This document shows, one piece after another, positions 9,272 through 21,277 of a stretch of DNA of 39,644 bases. The position numbers were made by a program, and so were the translations under genes. The DNA comes from Octopus bimaculoides. Lineage: Eukaryota. The notes under the pieces are model-generated. The model saw nothing but the letters and a program-made list of their open reading frames with translations, did not search any database and had not been told where the DNA came from. Position 1 is the first letter of the stretch; each line of letters opens with the position of its first letter. The stretch spans positions 61,482,463-61,522,106 of the forward strand of contig NC_068991.1 in assembly GCF_001194135.2 (NCBI RefSeq), read 5' to 3'.

Positions 9272-10091
9272 GACTGAGGAAAGAAAACCCCAAATGACCC
9301 GTCCTTGTTTTTTATTGTCCCTTTTTTGTCATCTAACTGTCTGTATGTTTTGTTGTTGCCTGTTGCATTTTTGTCCCATTTTTTTTGTATTCTTTTTTTT
9401 TATATATATACACATTCTTTCTTTCTTTCAGCCCCTTCATACTTACTTTGTTCTTTCCACTCTTCTTTCTTTCACCCCACTCCCTCACATTTCTTGCCCT
9501 TCCCTTCATTCTCACCTTCCTTCCTCTTTCATTTCACTCTGTCCCTTTTCTTTTTTCTTTCTTTCTTATCCCCCCTCCCTAATTCTTCTATCGCTCTGCC
9601 TCTACTTCTCTCTTCTCCTTCCACATGACCGGTGTTTGGCCAAGCCTGACCTCTCTTTCTTGGTTCGACTACCATCCGTGCAACATCTCTATTCCTTCTC
9701 ATGCCTGTCATCTCTTATGTCCCTGTCATAAGGCTTCTCTTCCACACACGCCAGCTTAATTTAATTCATCCTTAGTCGAAAGACACCTGTTGTTAATGTC
9801 CCATTATATTTGCGTACCATTTCTCTGTCATTCTTGCTGTCCTTGTTTTCATATACATTTGGTGCTTTCTTCCAAGGAATCTAATGCTCTTAGCTTAGAT
9901 TTTCCTTGAGGCTGGCCAGATCAGAGCAGTCTCAAGTATAACTAGCCAAAACTGCAAAGATAATCTGGAACTCGACTGAAGAAAGAAAACTCCGAATGAC
10001 TCATCCTTGTTTTTTCTTGTCCCATTTTTTGTCTTCTTTTTTTTGTATACTTATAGCAGCATACGTACACTTTGGTCTCTTATATGTGAGT

Positions 10092-10125
<34 letters not shown>

Positions 10126-10420
10126 GTATAAATTTTGTACGACTCTTATTCTTTCATTCTTTCTTTCAACCCCTTCACACTTCATTCCTTTCACTCTTCT
10201 TTCTTTCTCATCCCTCCCTAATTCTTCTATCCCTCTGCCTCTACTTCTCTCTTCTCTCTCCACATGACCGGTGTTCTGCCAAGCCTGACTTTTCTTTCTT
10301 GGTTCGACTACCATCCGTGCAACATCTATATTCCTTTCCATGCCTGTCATCTCTTATGTCCCTGCCGCAAGGCTTCTCTTCCACACACGCCAGCTTAATT
10401 CAATTCATCCTTAGTCTGTT
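9272..10420 (+). repeat. Partial tandem duplication of a ~705-bp pyrimidine-rich unit (about 1.6 copies)
   Basis: Both units start gactgaRgaaagaaaacYccRaatgac (9272, 9976) and share ccacatgaccggtgtt..ggttcgactaccatccgtgcaacatc..ccacacacgccagcttaatt..catccttagtc. Confidence 0.85.
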
Positions 10421-10961
10421 GTTAATATCCTGTTGTTTGCATTTCTATTTGTGTACCCACTGTGTTTCCATCACTGCCATTCCTAAATTGTAACTGTTTC
10501 TCTTTAAGTTTATTCTGCCACATTAGTAGCAGCAGGGAATTCTTTCCTTTTCAAGCTCTGATGAAATATTTGCTAAAAATTGTAATAGAATATCCTGACA
10601 GTTGTAAATTTGTATTTTACAACTGAGGATGGCGCTGTATTTCAAATTGATGCAATGCTTGCATTGTTCGATTAAATGGAGTCACCTGAAACACTTGTAT
10701 TGCATTAATACCTTGACATCTTTGTTACTTATTTGATTTTTATTCACCATACTTTGGGCTTCGCGGATAATACCGGACTGGCTTGGTGCATCAACTTAAG
10801 TGCCTTATTCAAATGAATCTTAATTATTTCTTATATATACTTTTGTATGTATATATACATACTTATATATATACATACATTTCTTATACAAACTTTTATA
10901 TGTATGTACACACACACACACACACACGCATGTGCGCGCGCACGCACACACACACACACAC

Positions 10962-11003
<42 letters not shown>

Positions 11004-11626
11004 NNNNNNNNNNNNNNNNNNNNNNNNNNNNNNNNNNNNNNNNNNNNNNNNNNNNNNNNNNNNNNNNNNNNNNNNNNNNNNNNNNNNNNNNNNNNNNNNN
11101 NNNNNNNNNNNNNNNNNNNNNNNNNNNNNNNNNNNNNNNNNNNNNNNNNNNNNNNNNNNNNNNNNNNNNNNNNNNNNNNNNNNNNNNNNNNNNNNNNNNN
11201 NNNNNNNNNNNNNNNNNNNNNNNNNNNNNNNNNNNNNNNNNNNNNNNNNNNNNNNNNNNNNNNNNNNNNNNNNNNNNNNNNNNNNNNNNNNNNNNNNNNN
11301 NNNNNNNNNNNNNNNNNNNNNNNNNNNNNNNNNNNNNNNNNNNNNNNNNNNNNNNNNNNNNNNNNNNNNNNNNNNNNNNNNNNNNNNNNNNNNNNNNNNN
11401 NNNNNNNNNNNNNNNNNNNNNNNNNNNNNNNNNNNNNNNNNNNNNNNNNNNNNNNNNNNNNNNNNNNNNNNNNNNNNNNNNNNNNNNNNNNNNNNNNNNN
11501 NNNNNNNNNNNNNNNNNNNNNNNNNNNNNNNNNNNNNNNNNNNNNNNNNNNNNNNNNNNNNNNNNNNNNNNNNNNNNNNNNNNNNNNNNNNNNNNNNNNN
11601 NNNNNNNNNNNNNNNNNNNNNNNNNN

Positions 11627-11958
11627 GGTGGTAACAATTCAAAGTGAATTACTACTTTGCAATCCCACCAGACAGAGAGAACCTTTTTCCCATGAAGTTC
11701 CCGTCTCGGTTGTGGTTGAGCTTTTTCCCTTTTATCAAGCCACTGTTTATGATGATAGAAGATCCATTTTTCGTCACCAGTCACATGTCTATCCAAAAAG
11801 GGTGAAATGTGTTCGTGAGAATGGAGAGAAGAGCAGATGCCAGCTTGGGATTTGCGGTTGCTTTCGGACAATTCACGAGGCACCCATTTTCCAAGTTTAG
11901 GAACCTTTCCAAGTTGTTGAAGATGACGATGAACAGTTGTATGGTTTGAACTAAGCTC
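11627..11958 (-). mobile_element. Mariner transposase fragment (Hsmar1/SETMAR-like)
   Basis: NHTTVHRHLQQLGKVPKLGKWVPRELS..FLDRHVTGDEKWIFY..ELHGKKVLSVWWDCKVVIHFELLP: WVP.EL motif and first catalytic Asp. Continues into the gap. Confidence 0.92.
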
Positions 11959-12674
11959 TTGTGCGGACGTTAAACGATGGTGATGATGATGATTTCATTT
12001 TGGATATGTACTTGCCTGATAAATAGTTTGATTTTAAACTCTGTTTTGAAACTAAGGCAATTGCAGCATGAAAGACATACATTAGCCACTCAAAAACACT
12101 AAAAAAACTGTTAACTTCTCTTTAAACATTTATTATTTGCTCTCAGAACTTTCATCACACCAACTGCGACCTGGTCACTAAAACTGATTTTGATTGTGAT
12201 TTTAATCTATGTCATTCATATAGCATTTTTGCAAAAAGAATAAAAAAACAAACAGAAATAAAAAAAAAACGTTAAATTTTTTTTATTTTTCTCTAGAGTT
12301 TAAATTATTTATATTTCTAGGTTAAAATGTAAAAGTACTTTTTTTCCTTTTCATTTTTAATATTAATTCATTTNNNNNNNNNNNNNNNNNNNNNNNNNNN
12401 NNNNNNNNNNNNNNNNNNNNNNNNNNNNNNNNNNNNNNNNNNNNNNNNNNNNNNNNNNNNNNNNNNNNNNNNNNNNNNNNNNNNNNNNNNNNNNNNNNNN
12501 NNNNNNNNNNNNNNNNNNNNNNNNNNNNNNNNNNNNNNNNNNNNNNNNNNNNNNNNNNNNNNNNNNNNNNNNNNNNNNNNNNNNNNNNNNNNNNNNNNNN
12601 NNNNNNNNNNNNNNNNNNATTATTATGAAGGCAGGAAACAGATGCAATATTACCGTTTTTATTTGAAAACCGTT

Positions 12675-12810
12675 TCAGTCATTGGACTGCGGCCATGCAT
12701 GGGGAGCCCTTTCAAGGGTTTTAGGTGAGCCTAGTGATCTCAGTACTTTATTTTGTTTTTTAAGCTTGGTTCTTATTCTATCAGTTTCCTTGGTCGAATC
12801 GCTATGCTTC
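12675..12810 (-). mobile_element. SINE family B 3' fragment, inverted relative to the adjacent full copy
   Basis: tttcagtcattggactgcggccatgc is the reverse complement of the family B tail. Confidence 0.7.
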
Positions 12811-12840
12811 GAGGACATAGAGAATCCGACACTGGTTGTC

Positions 12841-13240
12841 GGTGCAGGAGTGGCTGTGTGATAAGTAGCTTGCTTACGAACCACATAGTTCCGGGTTCAA
12901 TCCCACTGCATGGCACCTTGGGCTAGTGTCTTCTAGTATAGCCTTGGGCCGACCAAAACCTTCTGAGTGAATTTGGTAGATGGAAACTGAAAGAAGCCCG
13001 TCGTATATATGTATATGTATATATATATATGTGTTTGTATGTGTGCGTTTGTCCCCCCAACATCGCTTGACAACCGATGCTGGTGTGTTTACATACCCGT
13101 AACTTAGCAGTTCGGCAAAAGAGACCGATAGAATAAGTACTAGGCTTACAAAGAATAAGCTGTGGGGTCGATTTGCTCAACTAAAGGCAGTGCTCCAGCA
13201 TGGCCACAGTCAAATGACTGAAACAAGTATAAAAAATAAT
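12841..13240 (+). mobile_element. tRNA-headed SINE family B, full length
   Basis: ggtgcaggagtggctgtgtgataagtagcttgct..ccgggttcaatccc (Pol III A/B boxes), central (TA/TG)n, tail gctccagcatggccacagtcaaatgactgaaacaag. Homologous to 37185-37605. Confidence 0.9.
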
Positions 13241-13314
13241 AAAAAGCATTAAGCGAACAAACACAGGCACACCCACACACACACACCTCCAGTTTTAATA
13301 CCATTATTGTTGAT

Positions 13315-13990
13315 AAGGCTAGTAAGCTGACAGAGTTGTTACCATACCGGGAAAAATGCTTAGCGGTATTCCGTCTGTCTTTGGGTTCTGAGTTCAAATT
13401 CCGTCGAGGTCAACTTACCCTTTCATTCTTTCAAGATCGATAAGTTAAGTACTAGTGAGACACTGGGATTGATGAAATCGACTAGCCCCCTCCCACCAAA
13501 TTTCAGGTCCTGTGCCTTTAGTAGAAAGGATTATTGTTGTTGTTGTTCGTGTTTTTGTTAAGGGGGCATGCAGGCAGAATCGGTAACACTCCAAGCAAAA
13601 CGATTAGCGAGTTTTGTCCGTCTTTATGTTTTGAGTTCAGAATCCGCCGAGGCTGCCATCGCTTTTTGTGCTTTTGGGTTCGATAAAATACGTAGAAATC
13701 AAAGCACCCTGATCGATGTAATAGACTAGCCCCGTTCCCAACCCACTGAATAGTGCTGACCTTGTAGCAAACTTGGAAACATTATTTGAGGTGGTGAGCT
13801 GGCAGAATCGTTCAAAGACCGGACAGCATTTTACTTGTAATTACTTTATGAATTCAATATCTGCCGAGGTCAACTTTGCCTTTCATCTTGATGGAATCGA
13901 TAAAATATGTATCACTTGATCACTGGGGTCGATGTAATCGACTTAGCCACTTCCCCGAAATCGCTGGCACTGTGCCGAAAATAGAAACCA
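13315..13990 (+). mobile_element. Three head-to-tail SINE family A copies (~13315-13535, ~13560-13785, ~13788-13990)
   Basis: Each has gagctggcagaatcg..gagttcaaattccgccgaggtc.actttgcctttcat..gatgtaatcgact..aaa.t.gaaac.att. Confidence 0.85.
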
Positions 13991-14514
13991 ATCATTTATT
14001 TTTTTAGAAAAACAGACTTAAAAATAAAACTTCGTGAGAAATCTTACAAGATGCTCTTCTTTTATTGAAAGAAATTCTTATTTTTCTCTCAATCGTAGGA
14101 GTTGTTACTCATTTTCTGCCACAGTTCTCAACTCTTTTTGCCATCAAATCCTCGTTCTTTTCCATTTTTTTCTTAATTACACTAATTGTCTGAGTTGAAA
14201 CATTTAGTGTCTTTGAAATTTCGCTGTTTTAATGAAGTTTCCTTCAAATACACTTCTATTTGTCCAATTTTAAGGGGACTAAGATCCCTTTGTTTACCCA
14301 TCTCGGCCTGGAATTGAAATAACATGCCTTTTTTTACACTTTAAGTGCAACTTATTACATGAATTTATAACTAATATAACACAAAGTAACTAAAAAGTTA
14401 GAAACCAAACAAGCACCCTACACTGACCACTGCTCGACTAAAACTGAAGGAAACGTGGGCTGCAGCAGCTGAGTTTCATAATGCAATTTAGTGTTGTCAC
14501 ACAACAGAAGCTCA

Positions 14515-14997
14515 GAAACGTTAGCATACTGGGCGAAATGCTTAGCGGTATTTCGTCTGCCGTTACGTTCTGAGTTCAAATTCCGCCGAGGTCGACTTTN
14601 NNNNNNNNNNNNNNNNNNNNNNNNNNNNNNNNNNNNNNNNNNNNNNNNNNNNNNNNNNNNNNNNNNNNNNNNNNNNNNNNNNNNNNNNNNNNNNNNNNNN
14701 NNNNNNNNNNNNNNNNNNNNNNGGGCTGCAGCAGCTGAGTTTCATAATGCAATTTAGTGTTGTCACACAACAGAAGCTCAGAAACGTTAGCATACTGGGC
14801 GAAATGCTTAGCGGTATTTCGTCTGCCGTTACGTTCTGAGTTCAAATTCCGCCGAGGTTAACTTTGCTTTTCATCCTTTCGGGGTCGATAAATTAAGTAC
14901 CAGTTACTCACTGGGGTCGATGTAATCGACTTAATCCGTTTGTCTGTCCTTGTTTGTCCCCTCTATGTTTAGCCCCTTGTGGGCAGTAAAGAAATAA
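14515..14997 (+). mobile_element. Young SINE family A copy; its 5' part appears twice across an N gap
   Basis: cgttagcatactgggcgaaatgcttagcggtatttcg..gtgggcagtaaagaaata with CpGs intact. Confidence 0.88.
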
Positions 14998-15269
14998 GAA
15001 ATAAGAAGCTCATTATTGCCAGATGTCACTGGAAATCCGTATAAGCCAAGGCTGAAATCAAAGTCAGAGAATGTGTAGTCGTAATTGTGTGAAAATTAAT
15101 ATGATTTAAACTCATTTGTTTCATTTAAATAACCAAACAAGCAAAATATATAGTATTTTCTAAAAATCCATTATAATGTTTCCAGTACTGTATATATATA
15201 AAGAGAGAGAAAGGCAATTATGCAGATAAGCACGTTAAATATAACATCTTGGGTTTGACATGCAATATA

Positions 15270-15304
<35 letters not shown>

Positions 15305-15459
15305 GTGTCTGCTCACCTGGATTCCTTGTATAGCCACTCTTTACCCCACGGAATTGGTCCCTCGAATCATTTGAGTACTACTGGATCTCATGTGTTGACT
15401 ATTTATAGATCGATCGATAGATAGATAGAGAGAGAGAGAGAGAGGTAGATAAATAGATA

Positions 15460-16130
15460 ACTTTCTTTATTAGCCACGCAGGGCTGAACACAGATGGGAC
15501 AAATACAATGTAGAGTTTTTCTTTTCGATGGGGGCAAAAGAAGAAAAGAAAAAAAAAATGTAGGGACAACGATCAAAAGGAATCGAAAACGTTTGGGGTA
15601 TGTACAAGAAAGATAAATATATACAGAAAGTTTCCCAAGAAATGGGGAGGTTTATCCGTGGAAAGAAAAACCTACGAAATGACCACGGTAACCTCGGGCA
15701 ATAATGTTACATGTTAATAGATTTAATCACACAAGGTAAGTAACTCTCTGCTTTAAAATTTTTCCCCGTTTCATAGGATCATGCTCAAGGTGGCTTCGTC
15801 ATTTATACGTGCCATCCTCGCTACATTCACCCATCTTTTTTGGAAACATTCATTAGACAACACTTGCCTCTCGACTCTCACCTTCCTTTTCAAGTGATAC
15901 TTGAAACAGTTGATGAGAGATTGACCAGAGGGCAAAGTGTTTGTCTCTAATCCTTTCAGACGCGTCCACCAGATACATTCTTTCGCCATAGCCACAAGTA
16001 CGATAAAAACAGCTCTTCCTTCCCGTTTAAAGGAAGGAGGCGTGACGATGCTGACGATAGACTCAGTTGATAGACCGACTCGTCCCACACGTGACAGCAG
16101 TCGTTCGAAATAAGCCCACAGGTTGGAAAT
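15460..16130 (-). mobile_element. 5'-truncated Tx1-like (L1 clade) LINE: ORF2 C-terminus + 3'UTR
   Basis: NLWAYFERLLSRVGRV..VFIVLVAMAKECIWWTR..CFKYHLKRKVRVERQ..CFQKRWVNVA resembles Tx1 ORF2 ends (AK.AIW.TR..F..RW). The 3' end is AATAAAgaaag followed by a (TATC)n-like tail. Confidence 0.7.
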
Positions 16131-16136
16131 GGTTAA

Positions 16137-16169
<33 letters not shown>

Positions 16170-16189
16170 AGGAGAGAGAGAGAGAGGTA

Positions 16190-16335
16190 CATATACGACG
16201 CGTTTCTATACTGTTTTCATCTTCCGCATTCAGTCAAAAGACATTGTTTGCCCCAGGTCTATAGAAAAAGACACTTGCACGTTGAGCCGCGCTTTGTGAC
16301 TGAACCCGAAATCACATGGTTGCAAAAAACGTTTC
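16190..16335 (-). mobile_element. Degenerate SINE family B head
   Basis: tatagaaaaagacacttgc..gactgaacccgaaatcacatggttgcaa. Confidence 0.65.
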
Positions 16336-16672
16336 TTAACCATTCATCTAAATCCTCCTTCTATATCCAAAATTTTTGTCAGTTTTAAATTCTGGAATAT
16401 TTGACTGCAATTTCTAGCAATTCGAACGACAACATATAGGTACATTCATTAAAAAATGTACTTTAGTGTGTAAAACTACTTCAAGAGTTATTTCCCTTGT
16501 TAAGGGCCACCAATCAAAACAGAATTTCAAGGGAGATAATAGGAGGTATAAACATTCCAGTTATCTACCGTGAAACAAAGATCGAGCATTTTGACATATT
16601 GGATAGAGTGCGGCCATACTGGAGCATTGCTTGGAAAGCAATTTCGACGCTATATCGTCACAATACATATGT

Positions 16673-16992
16673 GACGCAATGGCCTAGTGGTTACGGCAGC
16701 GGACTCGCGGTCATAAGATCGCGGTTTCGATTCCCAGACCGGGCGTTGTAAGTGTTTATTGAGCAAAAACACCTGAAGCTCCAGGGGATGATGGTGAACG
16801 CTACTGTACTCTTTCACCACAACTTTCTCTCGCTCTTTCTTCCTGTTTCTGCTGTACCTGTATTTCAAAGGGTCAGCCTTGTCACACTGTGTGTCACGCT
16901 GAATCTCCCCGAGGATTACGTTAAGGGTACACGTGTCTGTGGAGTGCTCAGCCACTTGCATGTTAATTTCACGAGCAGGCTGTTCCGTTGAT
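16673..16992 (+). mobile_element. tRNA-headed SINE family C (3' end in gap)
   Basis: gacgcaatggcctagtggtta..gcggtttcgattccc (A/B boxes), followed by a long non-tRNA body (gttaagggtacacgtgtctgtggagtgctcagccac). Confidence 0.85.
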
Positions 16993-17929
16993 NNNNNNNN
17001 NNNNNNNNNNNNNNNNNNNNNNNNNNNNNNNNNNNNNNNNNNNNNNNNNNNNNNNNNNNNNNNNNNNNNNNNNNNNNNNNNNNNNNNNNNNNNNNNNNNN
17101 NNNNNNNNNNNNNNNNNNNNNNNNNNNNNNNNNNNNNNNNNNNNNNNNNNNNNNNNNNNNNNNNNNNNNNNNNNNNNNNNNNNNNNNNNNNNNNNNNNNN
17201 NNNNNNNNNNNNNNNNNNNNNNNNNNNNNNNNNNNNNNNNNNNNNNNNNNNNNNNNNNNNNNNNNNNNNNNNNNGCGTATGTGTGCGTGTACTTATGTGA
17301 GAGCATTTGTGTGCACGTTGTGTTAGTGTATGCGTGCGCGCGTGTATTTGTATGAGTATATTTGTATGTGTGTGTGTGTGTCCGTATGCTTATGAGTGTT
17401 TTATGTGTGTGTGTGTGTGTGTAGGTTTGTGTGCGCATGTCTGTTCTTGTAAGTGTTTAAGTTTGTCTGAGTGAGTGTGTATCCATGGTTACGCGTGTGT
17501 ATCCCTCATTTCTCAGACACTTTGTGTCTGAGTTTTAATTTACAAGGGAGGTAACTGTCATCTACAATAACTAGAATTTTAAAATCAGGACTTTTACATC
17601 AAAACATTTTTATTCCTAATGAATATGTTACTATTTTTAGAATCTAACAGATACGTCGACCATAAGATTGTAGCAACATCCATATTTTTGCGACAGAATG
17701 TATTACACGTTGCATTATTATTAAACAGAAATGGCAGCGTTTTAGATTAAAATTTTTGGAGTTTGTAGTTATTTCCCTTTACCTAAAGTTCAGATACTGT
17801 CACACTCTAACTTGGATTAAACATAAATTATCAATGGATATATTTGAATCGAGATAATCGATTACATAAGATTGGTTGATTGAGATTATAAATGGGGATT
17901 ATAAAGCAAAAACTCCTTTCTCTGGAAGT

Positions 17930-18290
17930 CTTTTATTTGTTTGAGTCTTGAACTGCGGCCACGCTATAGCACCGGCTTGGAAGGTTTTAGTCAAACAAAT
18001 CGAGGACTTATATTTTTTTAAGCCTAGTACTCATTCTATCGGTCACTTTTGCCGAACCGCTTTGTTATGGAGACGTAACACACCGTCACCATTTGTCAAG
18101 TTGTGATAGGGGAACAAACACACAGACACACACACACACATATACGACGGGCTTCAAGGCTTTGGTCAGCCCGAGGCTATAGCAGAAGAAACTTGCCCAA
18201 GGTGCCACACAGTAGGAACCATGTGGTTGGGCAGCAAGCTTTTCACCACACACAGCCATGCCTGCGCCTATTCTGTTGGTCTTTTTTTTT
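17930..18290 (-). mobile_element. SINE family B
   Basis: Reverse-complement match to 12841-13240 (aagcctagtactcattctatcggtc, gcccaaggtgccacacagt). Confidence 0.85.
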
Positions 18291-18809
18291 TAGTGGAGCC
18301 GCTTATTTACAAGGATGTAAACAAACCAGCAATGGTTGTAAAACCGTAAGAGGACAGATACTAAACGCACACACACACACATATATGTGAGTGTCTTTTT
18401 GAATGCATGTATATATGTAATATTATTCGTATTAATTTTAATAATTAATTATAATATTATTCGTATTAATTTTAACTTCTATGAAATGATATTCACGTGT
18501 ATTGTATTATACCTTTAACCCAAATGTTTTTCATTTGTATGTCATCGGTTGAAACAATATATTCGTGTATAAAATTTTATACTATATGTTCTATTTCTTG
18601 CATCTTACTTCTTTTATATTTCTTATTCTTTTATTTATTATTTCTTCTAACGTTATTTTTCTTGCGTTATATCTTCTTATTCCTTATGTTTGACGGATTA
18701 TGTTGTATATCTTATATATGTTCGTTGAGGGGGTGTGATATGTTGAGTCGTTAACCCAGCGTTTTTATTCTATAACTAATATTTTATGAATGCATGTATA
18801 TATGCGAAC

Positions 18810-18925
18810 CAAGGGTTTGGGCGGCAAGGCTATAATCGAAGACTCTTGCCCGAGGTGCCATGCCGTGGGGCTGAACTCAAAGCCATGTGGTTGGGAAGCA
18901 AATTCCTTACCGCACGGCCATACCT
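18810..18925 (-). mobile_element. SINE family B head fragment
   Basis: ggctataatcgaagactcttgcccgaggtgccatgccgtggggctgaactc..catgtggttgggaagc. Confidence 0.75.
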
Positions 18926-19379
18926 CAACCTGTATGCTATAAATCTAGTAGTAGTAGTAGAAGCAACAGCAGTGGCAGCAGGGACAGTAGTAGTAGTAGT
19001 AGTAGTAGACAGTGGTGATGATGATGTGGAGGCGAAGGTGGTGGAGATGGNNNNNNNNNNAGGACTTCTTCCTTCCTCTTACCTCTCTATGTCTTTTCTT
19101 TACTCCCACCCCTACATCTTCCTTCTTGTTTTCTTTCTCTTTTTTTACCCATTCTCCAGTCGGGTTTCCTGATTAATTAATCAACATGAAAGAGAGAAAA
19201 CGAGAAATGCAGGGGATGATTAAATTTAATAAAATCAGACATAATTTAATCATGATTAAATAATGAATTAAGGTGCTAACTAAACCTTCTGTATACATAC
19301 AAACAAACACTCATACAGCCATGCATACACACACTCACATGTGTGTGTGTGCGTGTGTGTGTGTGTGTGTGTGTGCACA

Positions 19380-19580
19380 TGTGTTTAGTATCTGTTCTCT
19401 TACCACTTGACAATTGCTGGTTCGTTTACATCCTTATAAATAAGCAGTTCTGAAAAAAAAAATGACAAACAAAATACATGCCAGATTTAAAAAAAAAGAG
19501 TACTAGGGCCGATTTGTTTGATTAAAACCTTCCAAACTGGTGCTCCAGCATGGTCGCAGTCCAATGAGTGAAACAATTAA
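19380..19580 (+). mobile_element. SINE family B 3' half
   Basis: cttgacaattgctgg..gtactagggccgatttgtttgattaaaaccttcc..gctccagcatggtcgcagtccaatga. Confidence 0.7.
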
Positions 19581-19699
19581 ATGGCCTCAAGGAGAAGGAG
19601 CTTTTTGTTTTACAATTTTCCATTTATAATCTCAATCAACCAATCCTATGTAATCGATTATATCGATTCAAATATATCCATTGATAATTTAAGTTAATC

Positions 19700-19850
19700 A
19701 AAGTTGGCAGAACCATTAGCACATTGGTCAAAGTATTTATCAGAATTTCTTCTGGTTCTTTACATTCTGAGTTCAAATCTTGCCAAGGTCAACTTTGCCT
19801 TCTATCTTTTCAGGGTCAATAAAATAAGTACCAGTCAAGTACTGTTGATG
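19700..19850 (+). mobile_element. SINE family A (degenerate)
   Basis: ttggcagaaccattagc..ctgagttcaaatcttgccaaggtcaactttgcc. Confidence 0.8.
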
Positions 19851-20324
19851 AAGATGTAAACAAACCAACACTAGTTGTCAAGCAATGGTGGAAATAAACA
19901 CATATGCCTATGATGAAGGCTATTGAATAAGAAACACATGTCCACGATAGTCCTCTCATATCCAAACAATAATTCTGTCCTTTATTTTTTCTTTGACTTG
20001 TTACCAATGTTTCTCAATAATTTTACCATTGATGGGAATCAGTAAGGAAGAGAATTTGAACCCAGAATTTAAAGAACTAATGCAGACAACATGGGGCATC
20101 TATGCCAAGGCTGTCACGGTTTTGCTAATCCACTGATCAAGACCAGGACATCATATATCCAGAGCTGTCACAATTTTGCTGATCTACTGATCAAGATGTA
20201 AGGTACAAGTGATTTCAACAGCATTTGAACCTAGATTGCAGAGAACTGCAATAAATACTGCAAAGACACTTAAACGAATCTGCCAAGTCTGTGCCTATCA
20301 TTATTTTAGGATTTTTAATGTAGT

Positions 20325-20530
20325 GGAGCTGGCAGGAGCGTTAGCATGCTGATCAAAATGCTTAACAGCATTTCCTCCGAATGTGTTCAAATTCCACTGA
20401 GGTCAACTTTGCCTTCCATCCTCTCAGGGTTGGTAAAATAAGAACTAGTCAAGTAGTTTGGGGCCAATGTAATCAACTTACCCCTCCCCTCAAAAATGCT
20501 GGCTCTTCTTCAAAATTTGAAGCCATTATT
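20325..20530 (+). mobile_element. SINE family A
   Basis: gagctggcaggagcgttagc..gttcaaattccactgaggtcaactttgcc..aaaatttgaagccattatt. Confidence 0.8.
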
Positions 20531-20544
20531 GTTTCCACATCGGG

Positions 20545-20850
20545 ATCAAAATCATGAGGTAGTTACTTTGATTCCTGGACCAGGCTGTGTGTTGTGTTCT
20601 TGAGCAAGACACTTTATTTCACATTGCTCCAATTCACTCAGCTGTAGGAATGAACTGCAACATCACTGATTCTAAGCTGTATTGACCTATCTTTTCCCCT
20701 TGGATAACATCAGTAGCATAGAGAGGGAAGGCTGGTATGCATGGGCGACTGCTGGTTTTCCATAAACAACTTTGCCTGGAATTGTGCCTCAGAGAAGAAC
20801 TCTCTAGGTGCATCCCATGGTCATTCATGACCAAAGAGGGTCTTTACCTT
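20545..20850 (+). mobile_element. SINE family D (5'-truncated)
   Basis: Homologous to 22910-23265 (ttcttgagcaagacactttatttc..cactcagctgtag..catggtcattcatgacc). Confidence 0.85.
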
Positions 20851-21277
20851 TTATTCCCTTCTTATTTTTATCATATCACATAATGGAGTAGATCCAATGC
20901 TCTCGAAGTCAATACCTTTAGGTTAAAATAAAGTGTTTTGGCACATAACAGAATCCCATTTCCAAGATTCCCTAAAAGACAAGAGTTTTGTTTTGTTTTT
21001 GTATTTGGTTTGCAAGATTCTTGATGTAAAATCATGTTTAAAGACAGCCTGTTGTATGTTGGGAAGACTGTTGTGCCAATAATAAACACACACACTGATT
21101 CTATTTTACTTCTTTATTTTTATTTATCAATTAATTAACCATTTCACCAGGTAACTAATTGATTGTTTGATCAATCATCCAAATAAATCAATCAAACTCC
21201 CACAAGCAGCCTTGGAGTTCCCCATTCCAAAAGCTATTATGACACATTCTACATGCTATTAATTATAGATATAACTA

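Larger units (their letters stand above)
17808..19708. repeat. Long-range inverted repeat: arms ~17808-17925 and ~19585-19708, with a 72-bp core at 17824-17895 / 19620-19691
   Basis: The reverse complement of 17824-17895 matches 19620-19691 with 2 mismatches. Confidence 0.92.

Noticed and set aside
14457-14865. 143-bp direct repeat
   Set aside because: The copies abut both sides of an N gap and differ by only 2 nt; most likely overlap of two haplotypes, not a real duplication.
16673-16745. tRNA gene (also heads at 12841, 22915, 28511, 37185)
   Set aside because: A/B boxes are present, but there is no closed cloverleaf and each continues into a repeated SINE body.
18525-18560. Hammerhead-like ccgatga-cat-acaa-atg-aaaaac on -
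   Set aside because: Two core defects and no stem I/III support.
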